Below the pieces are notes generated by a model, which was not told the origin of the DNA, made no database searches, and was given only the letters and a program-made list of their open reading frames with translations. Positions 1-9,698 of a stretch of 54,692 bases of DNA are shown here, one piece after another. The translations under genes and the position numbers were made by a program. Each line of letters opens with the position of its first letter. The stretch's first letter is position 1. The stretch lies in NCBI GenBank assembly GCA_031292775.1, contig JARLGN010000439.1, forward strand, positions 1 through 54,692. Reading direction: 5' to 3'. Origin of the DNA: Acidobacteriota bacterium. GTDB lineage: Bacteria; Acidobacteriota; Terriglobia; UBA7540.

Positions 1-1
1 T

Positions 2-277
2 TGCTACTCCCGGCTGCCGGTGGCTTTCTTTGACGTTGGCTGGGGATCGGATGTGGCGCGCTGCCGCCAAGAGCTTCCCGGTGCTTTTTTGAACTTACGA
101 TTAAGCCCCGTACGCATGTTGCAATGCACTGCTGCCGAAATTCGCCGGGACGCCGAACAATTGCTGGCCGCCGCGGGCGACACGCGGAACGTGGGCCTCT
201 GCTGCATCAATATGGATTACGGCACCCCCGATGAGAATGTTCGCGCCATGTTGGGAGTTGCCGCATCGGGAGGATGA
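2..277 (+). CDS. C-terminal fragment of a uroporphyrinogen-decarboxylase (URO-D/MtaA)-like protein; 5' end lies outside the window
   Basis: Frame is open from the window edge to the stop at 275-277. The tail NLRLSPVRMLQCTAAEIRRDAEQLL...NMDYGTPDENVRAML fits my recollection of the C-terminal GN.dP..L..GT.eei / tp.eNv pattern of URO-D-family enzymes. Confidence 0.4.
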   Translation, partial: CYSRLPVAFFDVGWGSDVARCRQELPGAFLNLRLSPVRMLQCTAAEIRRDAEQLLAAAGDTRNVGLCCINMDYGTPDENVRAMLGVAASGG

Positions 278-327
278 AGTTTTGGGTGAGACTATTTCGG
301 AACGAAAAGAGCATTTCACGCGAAGGC

Positions 328-420
328 GCAAAGACGCAAGGGGCGCAAAGAGAGCGGAGTAATTATACTGTGCGGGTCTTAGCGCCTTGGCGTCTTTGCG
401 TGAGTTTGTTTGATTTTCAC
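328..420 (+). terminator. Long imperfect inverted repeat followed by a T-rich tract (terminator-like or REP-like)
   Basis: cgcaaagacgcaagg(g)gcgc (328-346) pairs with gcgccttggcgtctttgcg (382-400). It is followed by tgagtttgtttgattttc and lies 50 nt after the upstream stop. Confidence 0.35.
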
Positions 421-455
421 GGCTCAAAATAACACCAGGAAGCGGAGGTTTTCTG

Positions 456-2384
456 ATGATACGCGTGCGCAGGGTGGTAACCGTCTTGGGAATACTTCTC
501 GTCATGTTGTCGGTAGCTCAGTTGTCAGCTCAGTCCCAAGGGCATAACGAGGCCGAGCAAAAGGCCGAGGCACTGAAGGATTACATTCGGGCCAATTACA
601 CCAAATCCGAATACCTCGCGCCCATGCGCGACGGCGTACGCTTGTTCATTTCCGTCTACGCGCCCAAAGACACCTCCAAGCGTTACCCCATCTGGATGAT
701 GCGCACGCCGTACACGGTTGGGCCTTACGGGGCGGACAACTATCGCGACAACCTCGGACCGTCGGAGTTGTTTGCCCGCGATGGTTACATCTTTGCCTAT
801 TGCGATGTGCGCGGCCTTGGCAAATCGGAGGGCGAGTTTGTGCACGTTCGCCCCTACATTCCCAACAAGACGGGCCGCCAAGTTGATGAGGCCTCCGACG
901 CCTACGACACCATCGATTTCCTTTTGAAAACCGTCCCCCACAACAACGGCCGCGTGGGCGTTTGGGGAATCTCCTACCCCGGCTTCTATGCCACCATGAC
1001 GATCTTAAGCGGGCACCCTGCCTTGAAAGCCGCCTCCCCGCAGGCGCCGGTCACCGAATGGTTTCTCGGTGACGACTGGCGGCACAATGGCGCGTTATTT
1101 CTGGCGCACGCGTTCAATTTCCTGTCCGCGTTTGGGCGCCCCAAGACGGGGGAAAATGAAGTGCCTGGTCCCGGCTTTGATTTCGGTACACCTGATGGTT
1201 ACGATTTCTACCTGCGCATGGGGACCCTGGCCAATGCTGACAAGGAATACTTCAAAGGGAAAATCGACTACTGGCAAGAGTTGATCTCGCATGACACCTA
1301 CTCAAGTTACTGGAAATCGCGCAACCCGCTGCCTTACCTGAAAGACGTTCATGCTGCCGTCATGACGGTGGGCGGATGGTTCGACGCCGAAGACGCCTAC
1401 GGGGCGATGCACACGGCACAAGCGATGCGCGAACAGAATCCCGGCGCGGTCAGTGTGCAAGTCGAAGGCCCCTGGTTCCACGGCCAATGGAATCGCGACG
1501 CGGGTGAGGTCCTGGGAGACGTGCATTTCAATCAGAAGACCGGCGAATACTTTCGCGAGCACATCGAGTTCCCATTCTTCCAACGCTTCCTGAAAGACCA
1601 GGGTGAAGCAAAACTTCCTGGCGCTTATGTCTTCGAAACGGGTCGCAACGAATGGCACACGCTTGACCGTTGGCCGCCACCGAATGCCACTCCCACGACG
1701 TACTATTTCGAAAGTGGTGGCCGGCTCAGCTCCGCGCCACCTTCCGCCTCCGGGGAAGCGTTTGATGAGTACGTCAGTGATCCCGCCAAGCCCGTGCCGC
1801 ACATCTCCTGGATCAGCACTTCCATGTCTGGCCCTTACATGACCGGCGACCAGCGCTTTGCCGGCAGGCGCCCTGACGTGTTGGTATATCAAACTGAGCC
1901 GTTAACCCAGGATGTGACTTTCGCGGGCCCGTTGAAGGCGTCGCTCTACGTCTCGACCAGCGGCACCGATTCTGATTTCATCGTGAAGCTGATCGACGTA
2001 TACCCCGGAAATTATCCTGACCCCGATCCCAATCCCACCGGGGCAAAGATGGGCGGCTACCAGCAACTTGTGCGGGGCGAACCTTTCCGTGGGAAATTCC
2101 GCAAGAGTTTCGAGCATCCCGTCCCGTTTGCGCCCGGCCAGCCCGACAAAGTGGAATTTCAGCTTCCTGACATTTATCAAACCTTCCGCCCCGGCCATCG
2201 CATCATGGTACAAGTGCAAAGTTCGTGGTTCCCATTGGTGGACCGCAATCCGCAGAAGTTCATGAAGATCGATGAGGCGCAGCCCTCCGATTTTCAGAAG
2301 GCCACCGAAAGGGTTTACCACTCGGCAAAGTTGCCCTCCAGCATCACGGTACGCGTGCTGCCGGCAGGGGGTGCAAGTAATTAA
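456..2384 (+). CDS. CocE/NonD-family hydrolase (X-Pro dipeptidyl-peptidase S15-like), secreted
   Basis: 642-aa ORF with GGAGG 7 nt upstream of the ATG. Signal-like N-terminus MIRVRRVVTVLGILLVMLSVAQLSA. Nucleophile-elbow string GISYPGFY and overall length fit CocE/NonD hydrolases. Confidence 0.85.
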   Translation: MIRVRRVVTVLGILLVMLSVAQLSAQSQGHNEAEQKAEALKDYIRANYTKSEYLAPMRDGVRLFISVYAPKDTSKRYPIWMMRTPYTVGPYGADNYRDNLGPSELFARDGYIFAYCDVRGLGKSEGEFVHVRPYIPNKTGRQVDEASDAYDTIDFLLKTVPHNNGRVGVWGISYPGFYATMTILSGHPALKAASPQAPVTEWFLGDDWRHNGALFLAHAFNFLSAFGRPKTGENEVPGPGFDFGTPDGYDFYLRMGTLANADKEYFKGKIDYWQELISHDTYSSYWKSRNPLPYLKDVHAAVMTVGGWFDAEDAYGAMHTAQAMREQNPGAVSVQVEGPWFHGQWNRDAGEVLGDVHFNQKTGEYFREHIEFPFFQRFLKDQGEAKLPGAYVFETGRNEWHTLDRWPPPNATPTTYYFESGGRLSSAPPSASGEAFDEYVSDPAKPVPHISWISTSMSGPYMTGDQRFAGRRPDVLVYQTEPLTQDVTFAGPLKASLYVSTSGTDSDFIVKLIDVYPGNYPDPDPNPTGAKMGGYQQLVRGEPFRGKFRKSFEHPVPFAPGQPDKVEFQLPDIYQTFRPGHRIMVQVQSSWFPLVDRNPQKFMKIDEAQPSDFQKATERVYHSAKLPSSITVRVLPAGGASN

Positions 2385-2469
2385 CCCGCAGCTCGGTTGG
2401 CAAGGACGGGGCTTTACAGGCTGCGGAAAAACGCCCCCTAGCCCGCATTTCTCACGAGGGCATGCAGAA

Positions 2470-2538
2470 CAGACTTTCGGAGTGCGGCGACTCGTCGCCG
2501 CTTTCCCTTGCCGCGACTCGTCGTGGCGCTGGAGTTTC
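2470..2538. repeat. REP-like palindromic element (two hairpin units); a related copy lies at 8029-8070 in opposite orientation
   Basis: gcggcgac-tc-gtcgccgc is a perfect 8-bp hairpin (2484-2501). The reverse complement of 2510-2538 (gaaactccagcgccacgacgagtcgcggc) matches 8029-8057 (gaaactccagtgccgcgacgagtcgccgc) at 26/29 positions. Confidence 0.6.
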
Positions 2539-3309
2539 TACATTTCTGACCGGGTTCTCCCTCTCTGACCTTCCGAGACGGCCGCGCCGACCACACATCG
2601 GGTATGGGCGTTTGTATTATGGTGGATTGTTGATGGGCGACCGCAAACTCACCCCGTATTTCCGCAAAATTGCTATCGGTTAGGCGAAAATGTCCGAATC
2701 AAACGCATAGATGTCCGAATTATTTCCGGGCAATGTGTCACATATTTGTTTGTTTTCATACACATAACGGCTTCGAAGGCATTTTCTTAACATCTTTTTT
2801 TGCACTGTCCCCCGCCGGAACTTCCCCAAAGCATTGATAACGCGGCACATCCGGCGAAAGTCGAGGTCTTTCATTGGAAATGAACCCTTAAGCGCTCTAC
2901 CCCGCCCACGGCGTCTCGAACCCCCAAACCCTAACCCCGAATCCCGAGTCCCGTGTCCCGTATTACGCGGCAAGCAAAAGACCCACACTAGTATGCCACT
3001 ATTCCTAGGCTTTGTTAACAATATAATGAGCCTAGCTTATACAACCCACAAGACAAGCAAAAACGTCCACGCGAAGAGGCGTGCCCACGCCCCCCATGCG
3101 TCTGGAAATACCATGCGCGGCAAGGGGAGGAGAGCCATCCGCCGGCACAGACGCCTGTGCAGGACCAGCGTAATGCCGTATGGCCAGCGCCGCGCAAATC
3201 GGGGGTAAGGCCGTTTGACCAATTGAAGAGGAGCGCAGATCCAGACATCCCAGAACCCCGTTTCTCGGGCGTTTGACTGCGCGAGGCACTTCTACGGTTT
3301 AGCGCCATG

Positions 3310-4803
3310 TCAAAGTGAGCGCTCGGATTGGAGTCGAGAGCTATACCTCATAGCTTCGGTTTTCATCGTTTCGAGACAAACTACGGAGGCGATGGGGTCC
3401 GGCGCACTGGACGGCAGAGCGATAGTGACACCGGTCGCGGTCGGCTTAACACCCAATGCGGTCTGGCTTGGATCCGCGAGCAGATATGCCTTAGCGATGT
3501 TGAATTTAACAGCGGGCAGGTCGAGCCTTCCTAGTGTAGGCCACTGGAAAATGTGGACGTAAAGCCTGTCGGGCTTGGTAGTACAGCGCCACTCGTTACG
3601 CGGTTCAAATTGCGGCTTACCGTCTTTATCCACCTTAATCTTGCTAAAGGAGCCGAACTCTTGGCCGAATGGGCTGCGACCGGCCCCGTAAATCGCCTCG
3701 CCATTCACCTTCAACCACCTTCCTACTGCGCGGAGGATGTCCTGACTCGGCTGCGGAATTACACCCTCGCCGTCGGGCCCGATATTTAGAAGATAGTTCC
3801 CACCTTTGCTGACAATATCGACGAGTTTAAAGGTAATGTCTGCTGGTTCTTTCCAGTTATGGTCGCTCTTCTTGAAGCCCCAAGTGTCGTTGAGCGTGGC
3901 GGGCGTTTCCCATGCCCCGGCGCGGGACAGATTCGGAATACTGTTGTCGCCTTCCGAGTCGTAGTCGCTCTGGAACTTGCCACCGAGACGCCCGCTGATG
4001 AGGCAGTTCGGCTGTAACTCACGCACGAGCTTCTCCAACCTGGTCGCGCGCTCGACGTTCATAACTCCGAGTGGTGTGTCAAACCAGATAACCGCGATGG
4101 GGCCGTAGTTGCTCAGTAGTTCCCGAATTTGTGGAATGACCTTGGTATTGAAATAGGTGTCGAAATCGCCGTTTTGTTTTGGGTCCCATTGTGGTACGGC
4201 ATAGACCGGATCGTTCTCGTGCGGCCCCTTCCAGATGGCGCCCCCCGGCGCGTGCCAATCTTGAGCTTGCGAATAATAGAAACCAAGTCTGATATTGCGC
4301 CTGGCACACGCCGCAGCCAGTTCCTTCATCGGGTCGCGTTTGAATGGTGTCGCATCCACGATGTTGAACTGGTCAACCTTCGACCCAAACATCGCGAAGC
4401 CGTCATGGTGCTTCGAGGTGATGATGAGATACTTCATGCCCGCGTCTTGCGCCAGTTGCACCCACGCCTCGGCGTCAAACTTGACAGGGTTGAAGTGCGC
4501 GGCGAGATGCTCATAGTCTGCCAGCGGGATACGGGCCTTGTACATGATCCACTCGCCAATGCCATCGTAAAGTTTCCCCTTCCACTCGCCCGCAAGCAGT
4601 GAGTAGGGCCCCCAGTGAATGAACATCCCGAAGCGCGCCTCGCGCCACCAGCTGATGCGCTGCTCGTGGGTGGGACCGAAGAGGTCCGCGCCCAGGAGAC
4701 GATCCTTTTCATCAACCCCCGCTCTAGCCGTAACCGCTCCTGCCATCAACGACGCGCCGCCGAACAAAATTAGTTTCAAACAGTCTCGTCGGGACTCCGG
4801 CAT
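3310..4803 (-). CDS. Alpha-L-fucosidase, glycoside hydrolase family 29, Tat/Sec-exported
   Basis: FGMFIHWGPYS and YLIITSKHHDGFAMF strings are typical of GH29. I prefer the ATG at 4803 (GAGGAG 8 nt upstream, MPESRRDCLKLILFGGASLMAG signal) over the ORF-track start at 4839. Confidence 0.85.
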   Translation of the reverse strand: MPESRRDCLKLILFGGASLMAGAVTARAGVDEKDRLLGADLFGPTHEQRISWWREARFGMFIHWGPYSLLAGEWKGKLYDGIGEWIMYKARIPLADYEHLAAHFNPVKFDAEAWVQLAQDAGMKYLIITSKHHDGFAMFGSKVDQFNIVDATPFKRDPMKELAAACARRNIRLGFYYSQAQDWHAPGGAIWKGPHENDPVYAVPQWDPKQNGDFDTYFNTKVIPQIRELLSNYGPIAVIWFDTPLGVMNVERATRLEKLVRELQPNCLISGRLGGKFQSDYDSEGDNSIPNLSRAGAWETPATLNDTWGFKKSDHNWKEPADITFKLVDIVSKGGNYLLNIGPDGEGVIPQPSQDILRAVGRWLKVNGEAIYGAGRSPFGQEFGSFSKIKVDKDGKPQFEPRNEWRCTTKPDRLYVHIFQWPTLGRLDLPAVKFNIAKAYLLADPSQTALGVKPTATGVTIALPSSAPDPIASVVCLETMKTEAMRYSSRLQSERSL

Positions 4804-4851
4804 CTGTATCACTCCTCTGCGGGCACACGCGCATGGCATAATGGGACTCCG

Positions 4852-5286
4852 CTACCTAATCGAAGCGTCGTTCCTGACGATGAACCATCTTTGAGCATCT
4901 CGCCCCAGGTATTCCATTTGCGCTATGGAGGATTGGGAGCGTCCAGTCAGCGCCTGGGTCAGCGCAAGTTCGGTGGCGCTGTTGTCGATCAAAAAAGTAC
5001 CATTTCCTACCGGACGGATTCTCCACGAAGCGTGGGCTTTCTGGGGATCGGAAGTCCCAGCGAGAGGCGTGGCCCGGCCATCCTCCGCGTCGTTTCCTAG
5101 AATGCCTTGCGGATCTCCGATCGAAAGAGCTTAGAGGCCACCGTCTTTGCATATGATCTGCCACCCCGCGGCATCCTCCTTCGACTCGGCCGGAACGGCT
5201 GTCAAGGCGCCCTTTCGGATCACAAGCAGGGTAGCGCAGACTTACGCGCAGTTTGCGTTAGTCTGCGGCTTTTCGTTCTTTCGCAT
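4852..5286 (-). pseudogene. Decayed small secreted ricin-type (beta-trefoil, QxW) lectin gene with two in-frame TAA codons
   Basis: One 145-codon frame runs from ATG 5286 to the stop at 4852, broken only by TAA at 5242-5244 and 5131-5133. It holds three QxW-like subrepeats: AGWQIICKDGG, ASWRIRPVGNGTFLIDNSATELALT and AQRWFIVRND. Confidence 0.4.
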
Positions 5287-5402
5287 TGACAAATATGTGA
5301 ACGCTCATCGCATTCAGATCCGCGGAGTAGTGCAGAAGACGCACAACGCGATACCCCGCTATGGGCCGTCGACGCCTACGAGCCGGACTTTTCAACTTCT
5401 AG

Positions 5403-5969
5403 TTACTTCCGCACCGCAGCCTGGAGTGCAAAACACTTCAAAGCGAGGGCTTTTCTGGACTCCTTATAGATATCCCACTCACCTCTGGTGATGTTCTGTG
5501 ACATCTCGGACGTCACCAGCGCCAACGAATCGAAAGCTTCTTTGGTTTCCTTGCTGCACACTGTCGCCACGAGCAATCGGGCCTCATCAAACTTTGTGGA
5601 CACGTCAAACCATCTCCTGGAACTCTTATTTCTCGCTTCACTCAAAGCCAGGTTATCTGGTTCCTCCTTGTGCGCGAATACGCTTCCGTATGACGTTAGC
5701 GTGTCATCGAGCGAGGCGAACGCCCTCGCCGCCGAGAACAGCACGTCCCGCTTCATTTCCCAGCGTTTCTGCCGGTCCCACACATCACTTGAGATCTCCG
5801 CTTCGATTCCCTTCGCCGCCTGAGTGACGGCCGCCACCTGTGGTACGAGTTTGTCAATGTCCTCGTGCGTCGCGAGGTTTTCGCCTTTTTTCTTGAGGTA
5901 GCCGCCGAAGTAATAGCCCAAACAGCCACTAATGAGCACTATGAGTCCACCTGTCATGAGCAGTTCCAT
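5403..5969 (-). CDS. Hypothetical membrane-anchored protein
   Basis: 188-aa ORF with one N-terminal hydrophobic helix (LLMTGGLIVLISGCLGYYFGGYL) and then an ordinary charged, helical composition. No recognised motif. Confidence 0.5.
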   Translation of the reverse strand: MELLMTGGLIVLISGCLGYYFGGYLKKKGENLATHEDIDKLVPQVAAVTQAAKGIEAEISSDVWDRQKRWEMKRDVLFSAARAFASLDDTLTSYGSVFAHKEEPDNLALSEARNKSSRRWFDVSTKFDEARLLVATVCSKETKEAFDSLALVTSEMSQNITRGEWDIYKESRKALALKCFALQAAVRK

Positions 5970-6257
5970 ATGCCAAGCATTCTACGCCAATTTATCCACA
6001 GTTGTTCGTATTGCCAATTGCGGGAATCCGGGCACGATATTTCCTATTTCCTGCGGCCATCCTTCAGGGTTCTGAGCTTCACGCGTCGTCGTCCCTTGCC
6101 TCCCCGGCACCGGGTCACGGCCCCCGCTCGCGGGTGGGGACACCCGCGCTACAAACGAGGGATTACCCAGTAAGATATAATGGACGCGGGTCGATAGCCG
6201 GGAGGTGGTTATGGTGTGGAAATGGTCAGGAACCACTTCTCTTTCGGAGGAGATTCA

Positions 6258-7289
6258 ATGATGAACCGGCGCAACTTCCTTTCATCGGCTGCGGCTGCTG
6301 CAAGTACGGTAGTGGCCAGGCCGCTTTGGGGAACAGGAACTTCCAAGTTGTCACACCAAGAGCGGGTCGATCGCGCGCTGCGCGGCCAGGAGGTGGATCG
6401 TCCGCCTTTCACCTTCTATCATCATTACAAGCGGCCCACGGCGCAGCAGGAAGCAGACGAGCATCTGGCCTTTCACCGCGCCTATAACACTGACATCGTG
6501 AAGGTGATGAACGATTTCGACTACCCCAAGTCAACCACCGATAAGTGGTATGAACTGAAGCCGGTCGATTCGCCCTATCCCGGTCAACTCGCCACCCTCC
6601 AGCGTGTGCGCGACGGTCTCGACGGCGACGCCTACTTCATCGATACGCTCTATGGTCCTTACATGACGGCGATGATTCTCTACCAATCGCAGGCCCGATT
6701 TGCCAGCCTGCCCAAATCCGACGAGGCCAAAGACGAGCAGATCAAAAGCCTACGCGAGTTCCAGCAGCAGAATCCCGAGGGATGGCATCGGGCGCTCGAA
6801 GCCATAACGCAGTCCACCCTCAATCACATTCGACATGCCAAAGCGATCGGGGCGTCGGGCACGCTGGTGAGCGTCTTCAATGCCGAAAGCAAATTTGGTT
6901 CGGTCGAGGACTATCAAAAATACACTCGCCCCTACGACCAGCGCGTGTTCCAGGCGTTGGCTGACACCCCCTTAACCGTTCTCCACCTCCACTATCTCGA
7001 ACGGGCGTACATAGACCTTTTCAAGGACTTCCGCGCTCCCATCATTCAGCACTCGGTGAAAACCAGTGGAATCTCGATCGCCGAAATGCGCCAACACTAC
7101 ACGCAGCCAATTCTGGGAGGCGTGGACGAGATCGATTTCCGGAAACTCACCGCGGCAGATATCGGCCGGCAGTGGACCGCAGCGCGGGAGCAGGCCGGCG
7201 CCAAGTACATTGCGGCTCCGGGATGCTCGGTTCCCGACGATTCCACCCCGGCGGAGCTGGCACACTTCCCGCAGGCCATGGGAATTTAG
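6258..7289 (+). CDS. URO-D (uroporphyrinogen decarboxylase)-like protein with a twin-arginine signal
   Basis: GGAGGA lies 6 nt upstream of ATG 6258. N-terminus MMNRRNFLSSAAAAASTVVARPLWG is a Tat-type RRxFL motif. ERVDRALRGQEVDRPPF and the C-terminal GCSVPDDSTPAEL resemble URO-D family ends. Confidence 0.6.
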   Translation: MMNRRNFLSSAAAAASTVVARPLWGTGTSKLSHQERVDRALRGQEVDRPPFTFYHHYKRPTAQQEADEHLAFHRAYNTDIVKVMNDFDYPKSTTDKWYELKPVDSPYPGQLATLQRVRDGLDGDAYFIDTLYGPYMTAMILYQSQARFASLPKSDEAKDEQIKSLREFQQQNPEGWHRALEAITQSTLNHIRHAKAIGASGTLVSVFNAESKFGSVEDYQKYTRPYDQRVFQALADTPLTVLHLHYLERAYIDLFKDFRAPIIQHSVKTSGISIAEMRQHYTQPILGGVDEIDFRKLTAADIGRQWTAAREQAGAKYIAAPGCSVPDDSTPAELAHFPQAMGI

Positions 7290-7586
7290 AAGTTAATCAC
7301 CGGCCGGCGGCTGGCTCGCGCAGGGTGAAACCCTGCGAGCGAGAGAAAGGGTGTCAAGCGAGAGAAAGGATGTCAGGTACCATTTCTTTCCTAAATAGCC
7401 AATATTGCAGGAGCGGGTGCAGAGCGAGTGCGGATGCCGAAAAGAGAAAACCTCCCGGGGAGGATGGTGCGGACGGCGGGCTGGCGCGGAGTCAAATGTT
7501 GCGTTTTGGGATAATTGGGATGACAAACGGAAAGGGTCAGAGACGCTAATCGCAGAGCTGTGCTCACTCTGATGCGCCAGGCCGCC

Positions 7587-7753
7587 GGAAGTGACCCCTC
7601 ATCCGTCCCGCGACGGCTGGTGAGTGCGCCCGTCGCGGTCCACCTTCTCCCCTCGGAGAAGGCTAGACCCATCGCGCACGCGTGCGAAAAGAAATTTTCC
7701 CTCTCCGCAGGGGAGAGGGGGGACCGCAAGGCGGTGGGTGAGGGGTCACTTCC
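7587..7753. repeat. 167-bp MITE-like or structured element with 15-bp perfect terminal inverted repeats
   Basis: ggaagtgacccctca (7587-7601) is the exact reverse complement of tgaggggtcacttcc (7739-7753). Internal hairpins: ccttctcc-cctc-ggagaagg (7643-7662) and ccctctcc..ggagaggg (7699-7719). Confidence 0.6.
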
Positions 7754-8028
7754 TCGCATTCACCACCGACTCAAATCACATTGACCATAAACGCCCGAAC
7801 CGTAGAAATGCAACCCCTAACGCCCCTGAATTCCGCTTCGAGGAGGTTACCGTGCTGCTTGCGATCGCCTGGTTGTGTCGTCGCCAAACCACCGAAAGGC
7901 GAGCCACGGCAGGGATAGCTGTCTGCGTATCAGGTTGGAACAGCTCGGAAGGGATGGCGTGGGGAACGGCCTTTCCACCCGCTGGGGACGGAGTCCGCGC
8001 CAGGGTAATTTGAGGCTCCGAAAATGCA

Positions 8029-8070
8029 GAAACTCCAGTGCCGCGACGAGTCGCCGCTCTCCGAAATCCG
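8029..8070. repeat. Second copy of the REP-like element seen at 2470-2538
   Basis: gaaactccagtgccgcgacgagtcgccgctctccgaaat combines both halves of the 2470-2538 locus in reverse orientation. Confidence 0.55.
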
Positions 8071-8169
8071 GATCGGTGGGGCGCACAAGCTGTTCGCGGG
8101 GGGCGGTCCGCGCCACACCCTACATCTGAAATCAGGACAGCACCGATTTTCCGCCGAAGTCCGCACTTG

Positions 8170-9465
8170 CTACACGGCGGCTCTCTGGCGATTGCCAAAG
8201 TAATAGAAGACTACTCCCAATAAGACGAGGGTAAGTCCGAGGGTAAAGGTATTAATCGGGCCGATTCGTTCCGCGTGATTTCGTGCGCAGGAGAAAGCAA
8301 TAAGGGCAGCAGGCGGGATGCTTAACAATATGACGCCTGCGTGACCACCTTTTATGCGGAAGGGACGCGCGAGATCCGGCTCCTTGATGCGGAGAGCGAT
8401 GAGTGCAGCAAATTCCAGAAGGATGCTGAGGCCAGTCATAAGGACATCCAGCATCACGGTTGCTTCAAATCCCATAACCGTTGCCAATGCCCAGAATGTG
8501 GCGCAAACGCCGATGGCAACCCACGGCGCACCGCGGCGATTCTCCCTGGCAAATACCTTGGGAAGAAAACCATCGCGAGCCATGGCGTAGGGAAGGCGGG
8601 AGAGCGACATCACCAGCGTGTTGAACGTACTCAGCGCAGCCACCACGCCCGCCGCGGTTATGAGGAAGGCAAGTTTCTGCCCACCCAAAAGCCCCCCAAA
8701 GGTTACCCAGGATCCCGTTTCCCAATTTGATGCTGGGATTCCCGCATGCGCCACCGCGGCGATGGGTACGATATAAGTCAAAACGACGACCACAACCGAA
8801 ATGGTCATCGCGCGAGTGTAGTTGTGCCGCGCATCCTTCACGTCACCTGCGATCATTGAAGCGTTATCCCAGCCCATGTAATTCCACATGGCGATAAGAA
8901 CGCCGCCCAATAAATCCGGCTTGGTGATGGTCATTTGTGCCGCGCCCGGATGTGAGGACGAGAAACCGTACCACACGAGAATCCCAAAAGGTGCAAGCAG
9001 CGCCAAAACAAAGATGATGGATTCCTGCCCCACGAAACTGGTTCCGAGCAGATTCATGGCGACACAGATCACAATCATCAGTGCCCCCATAACGAATGGG
9101 ATGAACCCTTTCCCCAGCGAAGGCACCAGATGGGCCAGATAGGTGGAGAAAAGAATCGGATAGATCGCCATATCAAAAATACTGCCCATGAAGGTAAGCC
9201 AGGATTCCTGAAAACCCCAGAATGGCCCCAGTGCACGGTTTACCCACACATAAAATCCCCCGGTTACGGGAAGCGCTGACGCAAGCTCGCTAATCATCAG
9301 CGTCGTGGGTATTGCCCAAAGAACAGGCGTGATGCAAAGGATCAGGATTGCCCAGGCATATCCATTGTTTCCCACGATCTCTTCCAGGCCAAATGGCCCG
9401 CCCGCGACCATGGAATAGGTTGCAGTAACCAGCGCGAGCAATCCTATCTTCCGGGCCTGCTTCAA
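8170..9465 (-). CDS. APC-family amino acid / polyamine permease
   Basis: 431-aa polytopic membrane ORF. N-terminal strings YSMVAGGPFGLEE ... ELASALPVTGGFYVWVNRALGPFWGF are typical of APC transporters. Confidence 0.8.
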   Translation of the reverse strand: MKQARKIGLLALVTATYSMVAGGPFGLEEIVGNNGYAWAILILCITPVLWAIPTTLMISELASALPVTGGFYVWVNRALGPFWGFQESWLTFMGSIFDMAIYPILFSTYLAHLVPSLGKGFIPFVMGALMIVICVAMNLLGTSFVGQESIIFVLALLAPFGILVWYGFSSSHPGAAQMTITKPDLLGGVLIAMWNYMGWDNASMIAGDVKDARHNYTRAMTISVVVVVLTYIVPIAAVAHAGIPASNWETGSWVTFGGLLGGQKLAFLITAAGVVAALSTFNTLVMSLSRLPYAMARDGFLPKVFARENRRGAPWVAIGVCATFWALATVMGFEATVMLDVLMTGLSILLEFAALIALRIKEPDLARPFRIKGGHAGVILLSIPPAALIAFSCARNHAERIGPINTFTLGLTLVLLGVVFYYFGNRQRAAV

Positions 9466-9609
9466 TTTTTCCCTTTCACTCCATTGGAGTCGAAACGCCG
9501 TGGCTATTTATAAACCATTTTGAGTGGTTCGTCAGTTGTTTGGCTGGTGAAAGATCTTTCGCAGCCTGTGGGGGATAAACCTTGAACCTGAAACCAGGCA
9601 CCAAAAGCC

Positions 9610-9698
9610 TGGTGCGGAGGGCGGGAATCGAACCCGCACAGTCCTTGCGGACCGAGGGATTTTAAGTCCCTTGCGTCTACCAGTTCCGCCACCCCCGC
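9610..9698 (-). tRNA. tRNA-Leu (anticodon UAA), class II with a long variable arm, CCA encoded
   Basis: The reverse complement reads GCGGGGG-..-AGGGA CTTAAAA TCCCT-..variable arm..-GCGGG TTCGATT CCCGC-CCTCCGC-A-CCA. The 7-bp acceptor stem has one G-U pair and the anticodon loop is CU-UAA-AA. Confidence 0.9.

Noticed and set aside
2680-3021. 113-aa minus ORF and other short ORFs in the 2385-3309 gap
   Set aside because: They have biased basic composition, no SD site, and overlap low-complexity word repeats (tcccg, atgtccgaat). The gap is treated as non-coding.
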